A stretch of DNA of 64,000 bases, taken from an uncultured candidatus Porisulfidus sp. Lineage in GTDB: Bacteria > Pseudomonadota > Gammaproteobacteria > Poriferisulfidales > Oxydemutatoraceae. This document shows positions 8,790 to 17,678 of the stretch, piece by piece (position 1 is the stretch's first letter; each line of letters starts with the position of its first letter). The stretch is taken from positions 1,888,001 to 1,952,000 of the forward strand of contig OZ244052.1 in the NCBI GenBank assembly GCA_965215125.1. The letters run 5' to 3'. The notes beneath the pieces are model-generated. The model was given only the letters and a program-made list of their open reading frames with translations, had not been told where the DNA came from and searched no databases. Position numbers and translations under genes: made by a program.

Positions 8790-10250
8790 TTATCTACTCG
8801 TGATAGCCGCCGGTAGATGTTCTATCACGACTTCGGCACTAAAACCACGTGGCGACTTAGCCGCTGCAAGGTCGCCGGCGCGAGCGTGAGCACAAGTGCC
8901 GAGCAGTGCAGCTTTTATTTCGGTGAGTCCTTGTCCTTGTAGCGATGCAATGACACCGCTTAACACATCGCCCATGCCGGCACTCGACATACCCGAGTTA
9001 CCGCCTTCGCATACTACGGTTTGTTCATCGCTTGCAACGACCGTGCCGGCACCTTTGAGTACGCACACACCGCCGTAGCACGCATGTATGTTTTGTGCAG
9101 CGGCAAAGCGATCCTGCTGTATTTCGTGCGTTGTCGTATGCAATAAATGCGCCGCTTCACCCGGGTGTGGGGTGAGTATCCAGCGTTCCGATGCGAGTGG
9201 GTCTTTCGCTAATAGGTGTAGCGCATCGGCATCCACGATTAGAGGCTTGTCGCTGTCCAAGACTTCGGCCATTAAGGCGAGTGCCCAAGAATCGATACCT
9301 AACCCAGGACCGATTATAACGATGTCGCAATGATTTATTAGTCTTTTTGTCGTCTTCGAACACGCTGCGTCGTGTGCCATTAACGGTGGACACACCGTAG
9401 TGACTGTAGTGCTATTTTGTGCGTGGCTGAGTACGCTGACCAAGCCGGCACCGCTATACAGAGCAGCTTTACCGGCAAGACAAACAGCCCCCGCCATGCC
9501 GTGATTGCCGCCGATTATCAAAACATGACCGAAATCCTTTTTGTGCGTATTGCGCCGGCGGGGCGGTAGCCATTTGATTGCCTCGTCGTGGTTAAGCAGT
9601 CGGCAGTCGGGTTTAATTTGTGCAACGATGTCATCTTGGCTTTGTAGGTCTTCAAAGATAACTTTTCCGCAATAATTTTTACCGTCGGCGGTGTACATGC
9701 CGCGCTTGCGAACAATAAAGCTGACCGTGATGTCGGCGTTTACCGCAATAGGTCGTACGCATCCTCGGCCTGCATCCAATCCCGAAGGAATGTCCACCGA
9801 AAGCACCGGTAGCCGCAGTCGGTTGATTTGTTCTATCCAAGCCAGTGCCGGTTCCGATAAATCTCGGTTTAAGCCGCTGCCGAACACCGCATCGACGAGT
9901 AGGTCGGCTTCAATGGTTTCGTCTGCGCCGATCCTTTCACCGCCGGCGGTAAGATAGGCATTACACGCTTGCAGTGCGTCGCCTTTGATATTGTTCGTAT
10001 CGCCGAGTTGACACACTTTGACTTGCCGTCCTGCTCGGCGAAGCAGATCGGCGACGATATAGCCGTCGCCGCCATTATTGCCGATACCGGCGTGAACGAC
10101 GATACTGCGTGCTTGCGGCCAGTGTTTGATTAAATGATTAAAGCAAGCTCGCCCGGCACGTTGCATCAGTTCGTACCCGACAATAGGCGTTTGTGCGATA
10201 AGCATTCGGTCTATGTCGCGGCTTTGTTCGGCGGTGTAGAGTGGGCGCAT
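8790..10250 (-). CDS. nnr: Bifunctional NAD(P)H-hydrate epimerase/dehydratase Nnr (YjeF)
   Basis: GIGNNGGDG, DIPSGL, THKKDFGHVLIIGG, DADAL, LTPHPGEAA, GMGDVLSG. Probable ATG at 10250 overlaps the upstream stop (TAATG). Confidence 0.93.
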   Translation of the reverse strand: MRPLYTAEQSRDIDRMLIAQTPIVGYELMQRAGRACFNHLIKHWPQARSIVVHAGIGNNGGDGYIVADLLRRAGRQVKVCQLGDTNNIKGDALQACNAYLTAGGERIGADETIEADLLVDAVFGSGLNRDLSEPALAWIEQINRLRLPVLSVDIPSGLDAGRGCVRPIAVNADITVSFIVRKRGMYTADGKNYCGKVIFEDLQSQDDIVAQIKPDCRLLNHDEAIKWLPPRRRNTHKKDFGHVLIIGGNHGMAGAVCLAGKAALYSGAGLVSVLSHAQNSTTVTTVCPPLMAHDAACSKTTKRLINHCDIVIIGPGLGIDSWALALMAEVLDSDKPLIVDADALHLLAKDPLASERWILTPHPGEAAHLLHTTTHEIQQDRFAAAQNIHACYGGVCVLKGAGTVVASDEQTVVCEGGNSGMSSAGMGDVLSGVIASLQGQGLTEIKAALLGTCAHARAGDLAAAKSPRGFSAEVVIEHLPAAITSR

Positions 10251-12055
10251 TACCCTGTTGCTCCCGTCGGTATAGTGCTTTGTCGGTCTAGGTGCGTTTG
10301 TAGCCACATTTCAAGCAACGCGCAATGCCAAAGTTTGTTGCCTTGTATCGGTGTCAGTTGGTTTTCCTCCGAATTAAGCAAGTGTGTTATGTAGTTGCGC
10401 TGAAATAATTCGCGTTCGCGGCAAGCATTTGAGTTTAGGGTGTCGCACATCATTTCGTAAAACATTCCTTGCACATATTTTAGAGCAGGAACCGGAAAAT
10501 AGCCTTTTTTTCGATCTATCACTTCGGGTGGCAGATAGCGGCGAGCGATTTTTTTAAGGCTATATTTGCCACCGTTGCCGAGCTTAAGTTCGGGCGGCAT
10601 GGCACAGACGGTTTCTACTAGATGCTGATCCAAAAAAGGCACTCTCGCCTCAACACCCCACGCCATCATCATATTGTCCAATCGTTTGACCGGATCGTCG
10701 ACGATTAAAGTTTCTATATCAAAGCATAAAACGGTGTTTATATAGTCGGGTAATTTGACTTTTCCGAGGCGATTTGCGACTAAAGGCGAAGTGCTGTCGG
10801 GTATGTGCAAGCACGGTGCAACGGTTTTTAAGTATTCGTCGTGGCTGCGGTCGAAATAATGTCGCCTAAATCGTTGCAACGGCGTACCCGAGGCACGGTG
10901 CATCTCGGGATACCAAAAATAGCCGCCGAACACTTCGTCGGCACCTTGTCCGCTCTGCACGACCTTAATGTCCGCACCGACTCGCTCGGCGAGCAGATAA
11001 AAAGCGATGCAATCTTGCGCCGGCATTGGTTCCGCCATCTTTGCAATCGCCTCGGGCAGCCGCTTATATAATTGTGTATCGGATACTCTAAAGCGATGAT
11101 GGTGTGTGTTGAAACGTTTGACGACCGCATCGGAGTAGATGAACTCGTCGCCGATCTCCTTACCTTTGCTCTCGAAACCGATCGTATAAGTCTTGATATT
11201 AGAAACATTTAGCTTGGCGAGCAGTGCTACGAGTAGACTGGAGTCCAATCCACCCGACAGCAAGACACCGACTTCTACATCGGCTATTTCAAAACGTTTT
11301 TTAACGGCTTTCAACAGTTCGGATTCAATTAGTTCTATCCATTCGTCCTCTTGCATATCGGAAAATCGCGCCTGCTCGGATAAGGACCAATAACGATGCT
11401 TAACAAAAGCCCCGCTGCGCTCAATCGACATTGTATGCGCAGGTTCGAGCTTGCGTATGCCGCACAACAAGGTACGGGGCGCGGGGATGACTGCGTGCAA
11501 ACTCAGATGACGATGTAGCGCGACCGCATCGATTTCGGTATCAATCTCACCGGCTGCCAGCAACGCCTGCGGGTTTGAGGCAAAGCGAAAAAACTTCGCG
11601 GTGCGCGCATAATAAAGTGGTTTGATTCCCAAACGATCGCGAGCAACAAAAAGAGAACCGTGTCGACGATCCCAAATTGCAAATGCAAAGATACCGTCCA
11701 GCCTTTGAACGCAGGCTTCCCGCCAGCGATGATAGGCTTTTAGGATAACCTCGCTATCGCTGGTGCTAAAGAAGCGATAACCGTAGGATTCCAAGCGAGT
11801 GCGTAGCGTGCGATAGTTATAGATAACCCCGTTGAACACCAACACTAAATCCAAATCGGGATCCACCATAGGTTGGGATCCGGTAGCCGATAAATCTATG
11901 ATCGCAAGCCGTGCATGGGCAAAACCTATTTGCCCGTCAAGCCAAGTCTGTCGACTATCGGGACCGCGAAAGTCAATATGCGCTAACATCCGCTGCAGAC
12001 TCCCGGCACTTGCCATCCGACCCCCGAAACAAAATTCACCGGCAATACCACACAT
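10250..12055 (-). CDS. Asparagine-synthase-family glutamine amidotransferase, N-acetylglutaminylglutamine (NAGGN) amidotransferase-like
   Basis: Ntn start MCGIAGE at 12055; LLSGGLDSS, SGQGADEVFGGYFWYP, VDDPVKRLDNMMMAWGVEARVPFLD, KGYFPVPALKY. Confidence 0.85.
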   Translation of the reverse strand: MCGIAGEFCFGGRMASAGSLQRMLAHIDFRGPDSRQTWLDGQIGFAHARLAIIDLSATGSQPMVDPDLDLVLVFNGVIYNYRTLRTRLESYGYRFFSTSDSEVILKAYHRWREACVQRLDGIFAFAIWDRRHGSLFVARDRLGIKPLYYARTAKFFRFASNPQALLAAGEIDTEIDAVALHRHLSLHAVIPAPRTLLCGIRKLEPAHTMSIERSGAFVKHRYWSLSEQARFSDMQEDEWIELIESELLKAVKKRFEIADVEVGVLLSGGLDSSLLVALLAKLNVSNIKTYTIGFESKGKEIGDEFIYSDAVVKRFNTHHHRFRVSDTQLYKRLPEAIAKMAEPMPAQDCIAFYLLAERVGADIKVVQSGQGADEVFGGYFWYPEMHRASGTPLQRFRRHYFDRSHDEYLKTVAPCLHIPDSTSPLVANRLGKVKLPDYINTVLCFDIETLIVDDPVKRLDNMMMAWGVEARVPFLDQHLVETVCAMPPELKLGNGGKYSLKKIARRYLPPEVIDRKKGYFPVPALKYVQGMFYEMMCDTLNSNACRERELFQRNYITHLLNSEENQLTPIQGNKLWHCALLEMWLQTHLDRQSTIPTGATG

Positions 12056-12165
12056 CGTGGGTAAATTATACCTTGTGAGAGTAGAATAGAATCGCCTTAA
12101 TTGACGGAAGCCACAATCCCGCGATACGGCGGTAATCAAAATATGAATACGCTACCGAGGAAGAG

Positions 12166-14268
12166 CTAACTATTCGGTACATCCTTGTCTTTAACATCCC
12201 AAACACCCGGTGCTACACAAACTAAAGACGGGTGCGCCGGTATATGTAAAATTTTATTGATACCGGCTACTTTTTGTAATCGTTCTTTGATCTCGCTTAC
12301 CGTCAACGGGTGTCCGGCCTCTTTGATAATGGCAATGATTGCTTGAGTTTTGTTAAAACGTTGCTCGCCTTTGTTATAACCTTCCGTCGCTGTCCAAGTC
12401 ATTCTATTGAGACAGGTCAGTCTTTTGGATTTAGAAAGCACGATGTTTAGCAAATGGATGCCTAATTTGTCGGAGACTTCGTCTGCTTGTTCCGACAATT
12501 TAGAGAGTATTTCAAAACAATGCCATTGCTTTTTTGTCTTATCGGCGTAGACGATAGACTCGGCTTCACGGCAGATACGGGCAATCTGTTCGTCGGAGAA
12601 GGGTATATGTTTGTCAAGGCCGTATACCCCTTTTCTAAAAGAAAAACCAACCCTGTTTGCCGTAGGACATACTTGTAGTGGAGTTAGATTTAATCCCAGC
12701 TTAAGTTTTATCGCCTTGATAATTTCATGATGGTGCATCGGCGAGTCGGATTCGGAAAGGATTACTTTGATGGTTCTATGTAGCCCTCTGCCGTAGTCTA
12801 CAAATGTACGCGTACCGTCGGGGTTAATCTTAAAGTAACATAAATCGGAGACATGATCCCACAATAGATTTTTGAATTTCTCTGCACTATCGGGCAATAA
12901 TCTCCGTACATGTGAGAAAGCCTCGGTTTCGCTCCACCCTTTATCTACGGACGAAGATAATAATGCTTTTGCTGCCTCTACGGTACGCTTCCAAACAGAT
13001 TGCTCGATTGAGCTGAGATAGTATTTATTGCCGATTTTAATCACTCGTATATTGTGTTCTTTCATTGCGTTAATTAGATTTCCGAGAAATGTTTGATGCG
13101 AGTGGATGCCGCTGAACCATAGATCGTTAGTTTCTATGTGATCTAGAGATAACGGAAAGTCCGCCTCATTTGATAATCGGATAATTTTTTGCCTGAAGAT
13201 ATACCCCAAAAGAGAATTTCTAAAATTCTTTATCATCGCAGCATGGGTCAGAGTGATATATATGATTGACTTGGCGCAGGTGTTCGAGATTTTTTGCATG
13301 GTTTGAGAGGTAGCCTCGAATTCCATCCGACGCGTAAAAATATAAAGATCGGTAGGATAGAGCGACGATAGAAAACGTCTTATACTTTCAATGAAGGTGA
13401 GCTTAAGGTGTATGGAGACCCTCGAGTTCGGTATCAAAGCGATATTTACGGGGCAATCTATATCGGATAATAGCTTTCCGAGTAGCGCGGTATTTAAGCA
13501 ATTTAGAATATTTTGCAAAGATTGACGTCCGAACATTCTTTTACCGAGTAATCTTTCCGGTGAGCATGTTGCAAGATCCGAAATTGTTTCAATACCGGCT
13601 TCCTTCATAATGCAAACGGGTCCTTTCGGGAAATTTATGTCTATCAGCTTCCATTTACCTAGCCACGGGAGAGCTAAATGCGCCAACTTACACGGATCTT
13701 TGCAGTTATCTGCGTAGCGTAGTACTTTCATCAGCTGTTGGATTTTGTCCGGCTCGGCTATTGCGTCGCGTATAAGATCATCGTCAATATCACCATCCCG
13801 AGGTTGTTTTTCATCGGGTATCGGATTATCGTCGAGAATTTTGTTTAAGAAAATACACAGACTATACAGAGTTTTGTAGCCGAAAGGTGTTTGCTTGTGC
13901 AATTTTTCGGTTGTCCAAGTGGCAAGATCTTCAACTGTTTGTATATTGTTTTTTTGCAGAGCTTTGTAAATTTTAGGCGTGGTATTCGAGCTGGTCAATT
14001 TTTGTTTTGCCAACCACGGTGGTGCGGCGCGCGCAATCGCGCATGGATCTTTGCGGTTTCCACCGGTTAAATGACGTACCCGAAACATACTCAGTTTTTG
14101 TCGGGTAATCCGATCCAAATCATGCTCGGCATTGAGATATGAAACATCGTTATAGATTTTATGCGTGTTCAATATCTCTATGGCTTCGGGATTTTCTTTT
14201 ATATACAAAGCGACCCAATCTTGTGGTGCTTTGATGACGGTATTTGTTTTAGATCTATAAGTTTCCAT
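12166..14268 (-). CDS. Multidomain putative DNA-binding protein: two RNAP alphaCTD-like repeats, a degenerate sigma70 region-4-like segment and winged-helix-like C-terminal domains
   Basis: AGGAGG upstream of ATG 14268. alphaCTD-like repeats ALQKNNIQTVEDL..FGYKTL and MKEAGIETISDL..FGRQSL. wHTH-like segments ILSESDSPMHHHEI and IIKEAGHPLTVSEIKERL. Confidence 0.6.
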   Translation of the reverse strand: METYRSKTNTVIKAPQDWVALYIKENPEAIEILNTHKIYNDVSYLNAEHDLDRITRQKLSMFRVRHLTGGNRKDPCAIARAAPPWLAKQKLTSSNTTPKIYKALQKNNIQTVEDLATWTTEKLHKQTPFGYKTLYSLCIFLNKILDDNPIPDEKQPRDGDIDDDLIRDAIAEPDKIQQLMKVLRYADNCKDPCKLAHLALPWLGKWKLIDINFPKGPVCIMKEAGIETISDLATCSPERLLGKRMFGRQSLQNILNCLNTALLGKLLSDIDCPVNIALIPNSRVSIHLKLTFIESIRRFLSSLYPTDLYIFTRRMEFEATSQTMQKISNTCAKSIIYITLTHAAMIKNFRNSLLGYIFRQKIIRLSNEADFPLSLDHIETNDLWFSGIHSHQTFLGNLINAMKEHNIRVIKIGNKYYLSSIEQSVWKRTVEAAKALLSSSVDKGWSETEAFSHVRRLLPDSAEKFKNLLWDHVSDLCYFKINPDGTRTFVDYGRGLHRTIKVILSESDSPMHHHEIIKAIKLKLGLNLTPLQVCPTANRVGFSFRKGVYGLDKHIPFSDEQIARICREAESIVYADKTKKQWHCFEILSKLSEQADEVSDKLGIHLLNIVLSKSKRLTCLNRMTWTATEGYNKGEQRFNKTQAIIAIIKEAGHPLTVSEIKERLQKVAGINKILHIPAHPSLVCVAPGVWDVKDKDVPNS

Positions 14269-14573
14269 AATGTCGATAATTCCTCCTAATCGTTTGATCA
14301 AATAAATTAAATGAAAGATTAGTCCGATTTTGGCACATAAAAAAGGTGTTTTGTTATATTTCCGACAAACGGTAGCTGAAATCCGACGAAAGCTACTTTG
14401 AGGTTGTTAAAACCGTAAAGCGTCCCTGTGTCACATATTCCCTTTTTATAAAACCGTTCGTCGGGTATTTAGGGCTGTTCATCAAAATTAGGAAAATCGT
14501 GCTACAGGGTGGGATAGGGTATACCTTAGTTTGCCCTAAGGCATTAATTCACATATAATTCAGAGGAGTAAAA

Positions 14574-14846
14574 ATGAATACAATGATCAACCGAAGAACG
14601 GAGACTTTTAACACGATGCACGAATTGGAACAAGCGGGAATGTCGAGAACGCAAGCGGAGATAACGGCGCGTGCGATTGACCGACAAGTATCGATGTCAA
14701 TGCAAGAAGTATTAGATAAAATAGACGCTCGTTTTGATGCCGTTGAGAGGAGATTATCGTGGCTATACATAGAAAGCATTGTGGCTATATGTGTTATAGG
14801 TGCCGGTTTTACCGGTGTCATCATTGCGTTGTTGCGCATGGGTTAA
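14574..14846 (+). CDS. DUF1640/CCDC90-like small coiled-coil protein with C-terminal membrane anchor
   Basis: GAGGAG RBS; FNTMHELEQAGMSRTQAEITARAI head, coiled coil and hydrophobic C-terminus. Confidence 0.65.
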   Translation: MNTMINRRTETFNTMHELEQAGMSRTQAEITARAIDRQVSMSMQEVLDKIDARFDAVERRLSWLYIESIVAICVIGAGFTGVIIALLRMG

Positions 14847-14989
14847 ATTACCAAAGCTACTCAAAGCTATTTTTTGACGCTTCATAGGTCAAGCAACGCC
14901 AGCTACCTCCATGTCCAGTTGCGGTATTCCCGGCTGCCATAATGTTTAACGAAGCATTTACATCCGCATTGTCATCGTGTCCGCAATCA

Positions 14990-15205
14990 TCATAGAAACT
15001 TGATCATCAACCCGACACCTGCAAGGGTTATTCCTACAGCTCCATATATCTGCTTGATCAGTCGTGCTTCTAGTTTTGCTATGGTCGTTTCTAAATCTTT
15101 ATGAGTTACTAAATTATCGGTTTTGCGCAATTTGGTAGCAACCTCTAAAACCTCCTCATTAGAGGCACCGGGGATTTTTTCTAATAACGATATCACTGTA
15201 TTCAT
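14990..15205 (-). CDS. Small coiled-coil + C-terminal TM protein, DUF1640-like (copy 1)
   Basis: AGGAG RBS; LVTHKDLETTIAKLEARLIK followed by a hydrophobic tail; paralog of 15749..15976. Confidence 0.7.
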   Translation of the reverse strand: MNTVISLLEKIPGASNEEVLEVATKLRKTDNLVTHKDLETTIAKLEARLIKQIYGAVGITLAGVGLMIKFL

Positions 15206-15373
15206 TGTTTTCTCCTATAGATTATATTTGAATCGATACCCTAGGGCAAATCAGTGCATAGGGTATCCTTTTTCGAAATATGTAGCTTTACTAAATTCAA
15301 TGAGTGGTAGCAAATATCCGACGAACGGCACCTTGGGCTGTAGGAACAGACTATTTCCCTACTGTGGAGGGAT

Positions 15374-15669
15374 GTGAGGCTGTTGAAAAAGTGCGGACAT
15401 CGCACAAATCCAACCGCTGTACGCCACATAATTATCCAAACCACCTGTAGGGGCAGGACAAAGCCGCCGATTGAGCCGGTAGGTCAATCGGCAATTCTAA
15501 TGTCTGCCCTTAAGTACCGTTCTGCACAGCCGTAACCGCTTGCGCCGTATGGTTTTGGTTTCCATAAATTGGATGAATGAATGTATAAATCGTGCAGGCG
15601 CAACGCGTTACGGGCGGACATATAAGTCCGCCCCTACCACTCTATGAAATACTTTTTCAACAGCCCCAC
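15374..15669. mobile_element. Non-autonomous MITE-like element (~296 bp) with terminal inverted repeats and internal REP-like palindromes
   Basis: Left end gtgaggctgttgaaaaagt (15374-15392) and right end actttttcaacagccccac (15651-15669) match at 18/19 positions as inverted repeats. No transposase ORF. Confidence 0.65.
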
Positions 15670-15697
15670 GACACAACCACCCCGTCAGGCTGAATAG

Positions 15698-15733
15698 AAC
15701 CGTCGATTGAACCGGTAGGTCAATCGGCGGTTT
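15698..15733. terminator. Hairpin (repeat family B) downstream of small gene copy 2
   Basis: aaccgtcgattga-accggtagg-tcaatcggcggtt, a 13-bp stem with one non-Watson-Crick pair. Confidence 0.55.
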
Positions 15734-15748
15734 TATGGTATCACTTCA

Positions 15749-15976
15749 TTATAAAAACTGGATCATCAATCCGACACCTGTGAGCGTTATTGCAACGGTT
15801 AATCCACCCACCGCATACATCTGCTTGATCAGTCGTGCTTCTAGTTTCGCTATAATTGTTTCTAAATCTTTATGAGCTACCAAATTATCGGTTCTGCGCA
15901 ATTTGGTAGCAACCTCTAGAACTTCCTGATTGGAAGCACCGGGGATTTTTTCTAATAACGATATCACTGTATTCAT
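15749..15976 (-). CDS. Small coiled-coil + C-terminal TM protein, DUF1640-like (copy 2)
   Basis: Near-identical to 14990..15205, with the same RBS context. Confidence 0.7.
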   Translation of the reverse strand: MNTVISLLEKIPGASNQEVLEVATKLRRTDNLVAHKDLETIIAKLEARLIKQMYAVGGLTVAITLTGVGLMIQFL

Positions 15977-16178
15977 TGTCTTCTCCTATAGATTATATTT
16001 GAATCGATGCCCTATGGCAAATCGGTATATAGGGTATCCCTTCCCGAGATGTGCCTGTTCACTAAACTCAATAAGCGGTAGCAAATATCCGACGAACGGT
16101 CATAGAGGGTGTGTATACTAGATATATGTAGAGGCAGATTTTGTATTCTGCAATCGGCAAACAAGTTAGGATAATAAA

Positions 16179-16454
16179 ATGACTAAGCAAACGGAAATAG
16201 TGAAAGCGTATCTAGAACGACACTTTGTAGGCACCGAAATAGACATTACCGAGGTACCCGAGGAGCACGGTTGGGGTTATAAAGTATCGTGCGAGGAGGG
16301 GCAATTCAATTTGTTGGTGCTCGACGAGGCTTTTGAAGGGTTAGACGACGAGCAAGCGGCAAGCCAAATGGAAACCTTCCAAGTTGCGGATGTGATGCGC
16401 GACATGGAAGGTTTTACTATTACCGTCACGAATAGCGGTTGTATTTTCAGATAA
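16179..16454 (+). CDS. Hypothetical acidic protein (91 aa)
   Basis: AGGA RBS, ATG start, protein-like composition; family not recognised. Confidence 0.6.
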   Translation: MTKQTEIVKAYLERHFVGTEIDITEVPEEHGWGYKVSCEEGQFNLLVLDEAFEGLDDEQAASQMETFQVADVMRDMEGFTITVTNSGCIFR

Positions 16455-16469
16455 AGGCGAAATCGCCGG

Positions 16470-16742
16470 CTATTCTGCGGTAGTCGGGTCTATAGTCGCT
16501 TTGATCTCGGAAATTTTATTTGCAGGAAACCCGCCCTCTTCGGCGTGCTTCTTGATGCTTTCTATATCGGGTGCGATATAGGTGCAATAGACTTTGTCGG
16601 CGGTGACTTGGCTTTCAACCCACTGAATCTGCGGTCCCATATTTTTTAGAATACCGCATGATTTCTGCGAGATGCCTTGCAGGTCATCCGCCGATAGATT
16701 ACCCGCACCGGGGATATCTCTTTCTATAATGTATTTAGGCAT
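16470..16742 (-). CDS. DUF4242 family protein
   Basis: MPKYIIERDIPGAG...QIQWVES.VT.DK.YC.YIAP....I..HA..GGFPAN.ISE signature; GGAGG RBS. Confidence 0.85.
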   Translation of the reverse strand: MPKYIIERDIPGAGNLSADDLQGISQKSCGILKNMGPQIQWVESQVTADKVYCTYIAPDIESIKKHAEEGGFPANKISEIKATIDPTTAE

Positions 16743-16818
16743 AATTTCCTCCGTTGTTATAATTTGAGATTCAACTAATTTGCGATATTATACCGCTAAT
16801 TATCTTAAACAGAAGAGA

Positions 16819-17514
16819 ATGGTCGTTTTATTTAACAGAATCCGAGAAAGCAAAACTTTTCAAATAATCGTCGTAGCACTAATCGTTGCCTCGGCTTTAT
16901 TGATCGGTGCCGACACTTTTAATCTGGAGTATAGATACAAGGCCACTATTCAGGTACTTAGTCAAGGCGTGACAATTTTCTTTTTAATTGAAATCATAAT
17001 CCGCTTTATCGGTGAACCGCATAAAAAAACTTTTTTCCGAGATGGCTGGAATGTATTCGATACGGTTGTCGTTGGGATTTCTTTGGTTCCCATAGGACCG
17101 GGTCCTTCGGTATTAATCGCACGCTTACTGCGTATCTTTAGAGTACTCCGTATTATATCGGTGATGCCGGAATTAAAAGTGCTAATTGAATGTTTGCTCA
17201 AATCTTTGCCGCGTATACTTTATACGAGTCTGTTGCTGTTCATCATTATGTATATCTACGCAGCGGCGGGTTCGTTGTTGTTTGAGTTCACCGACCCGGA
17301 ACGTTGGAAGGATATTGCGACCGCTTTATTCACACTGACCCAAGTACTCACACTATCCAGTTGGGAACAGGTATTTTTGCCGTTGCAGGCGGTGCATTGG
17401 TGGGCGTGGATATACCTTTATAGCTTTATTGCAATCGGTTCTATCACTATCTTAAACTTAATTATTGCAGTGCTGGTAGATGTCGTGATGGAACTCAAGG
17501 GTGATAAAGAGTAA
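16819..17514 (+). CDS. Bacterial voltage-gated cation channel (BacNav-like ion transporter)
   Basis: Six hydrophobic segments, FFRDGWNVFD, S4 RLLRIFRVLR, pore TQVLTLSSWE, S6 LNLIIAVLVD. ATG at 16819 preferred to TTG at 16780. Confidence 0.88.
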   Translation: MVVLFNRIRESKTFQIIVVALIVASALLIGADTFNLEYRYKATIQVLSQGVTIFFLIEIIIRFIGEPHKKTFFRDGWNVFDTVVVGISLVPIGPGPSVLIARLLRIFRVLRIISVMPELKVLIECLLKSLPRILYTSLLLFIIMYIYAAAGSLLFEFTDPERWKDIATALFTLTQVLTLSSWEQVFLPLQAVHWWAWIYLYSFIAIGSITILNLIIAVLVDVVMELKGDKE

Positions 17515-17520
17515 TACGAA

Positions 17521-17629
17521 CCATTCCCTCGACGGGGTAGTTGTGTCGTATCTGTACAAGTTTTGTGCTGGTACATTCCCCTCCTGTGGAGGGGTGTCAG
17601 GCGCAGCCTGACGGGGTGGTTGTGGCGTG
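17521..17629. repeat. REP-like family A copies between convergent genes
   Basis: Deleted copy cattccctcgacggggtagttgtgtcg, plus a full copy cattcccctcctgtggaggggtgtcaggcgcagcctgacggggtggttgtggcg. Confidence 0.7.
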
Positions 17630-17678
17630 TTTGCACACTGTCGCGTCGTCTGTGCAACTGCAACAAACGGCGGTTCTA

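Larger units (their letters stand above)
14987..16099. repeat. ~345-355 bp direct duplication (about 14987-15329 and 15746-16099) carrying the small gene and its upstream region
   Basis: Both copies align from the stop codon through ...gcaaatatccgacgaacgg, with scattered substitutions and a 12-bp indel in the TM-coding part. Confidence 0.9.

Noticed and set aside
14987-16099. Duplicated segment as a diversity-generating retroelement TR/VR pair
   Set aside because: Differences are not confined to adenines and include an indel. Both copies are intact genes, and no reverse transcriptase is in the window.
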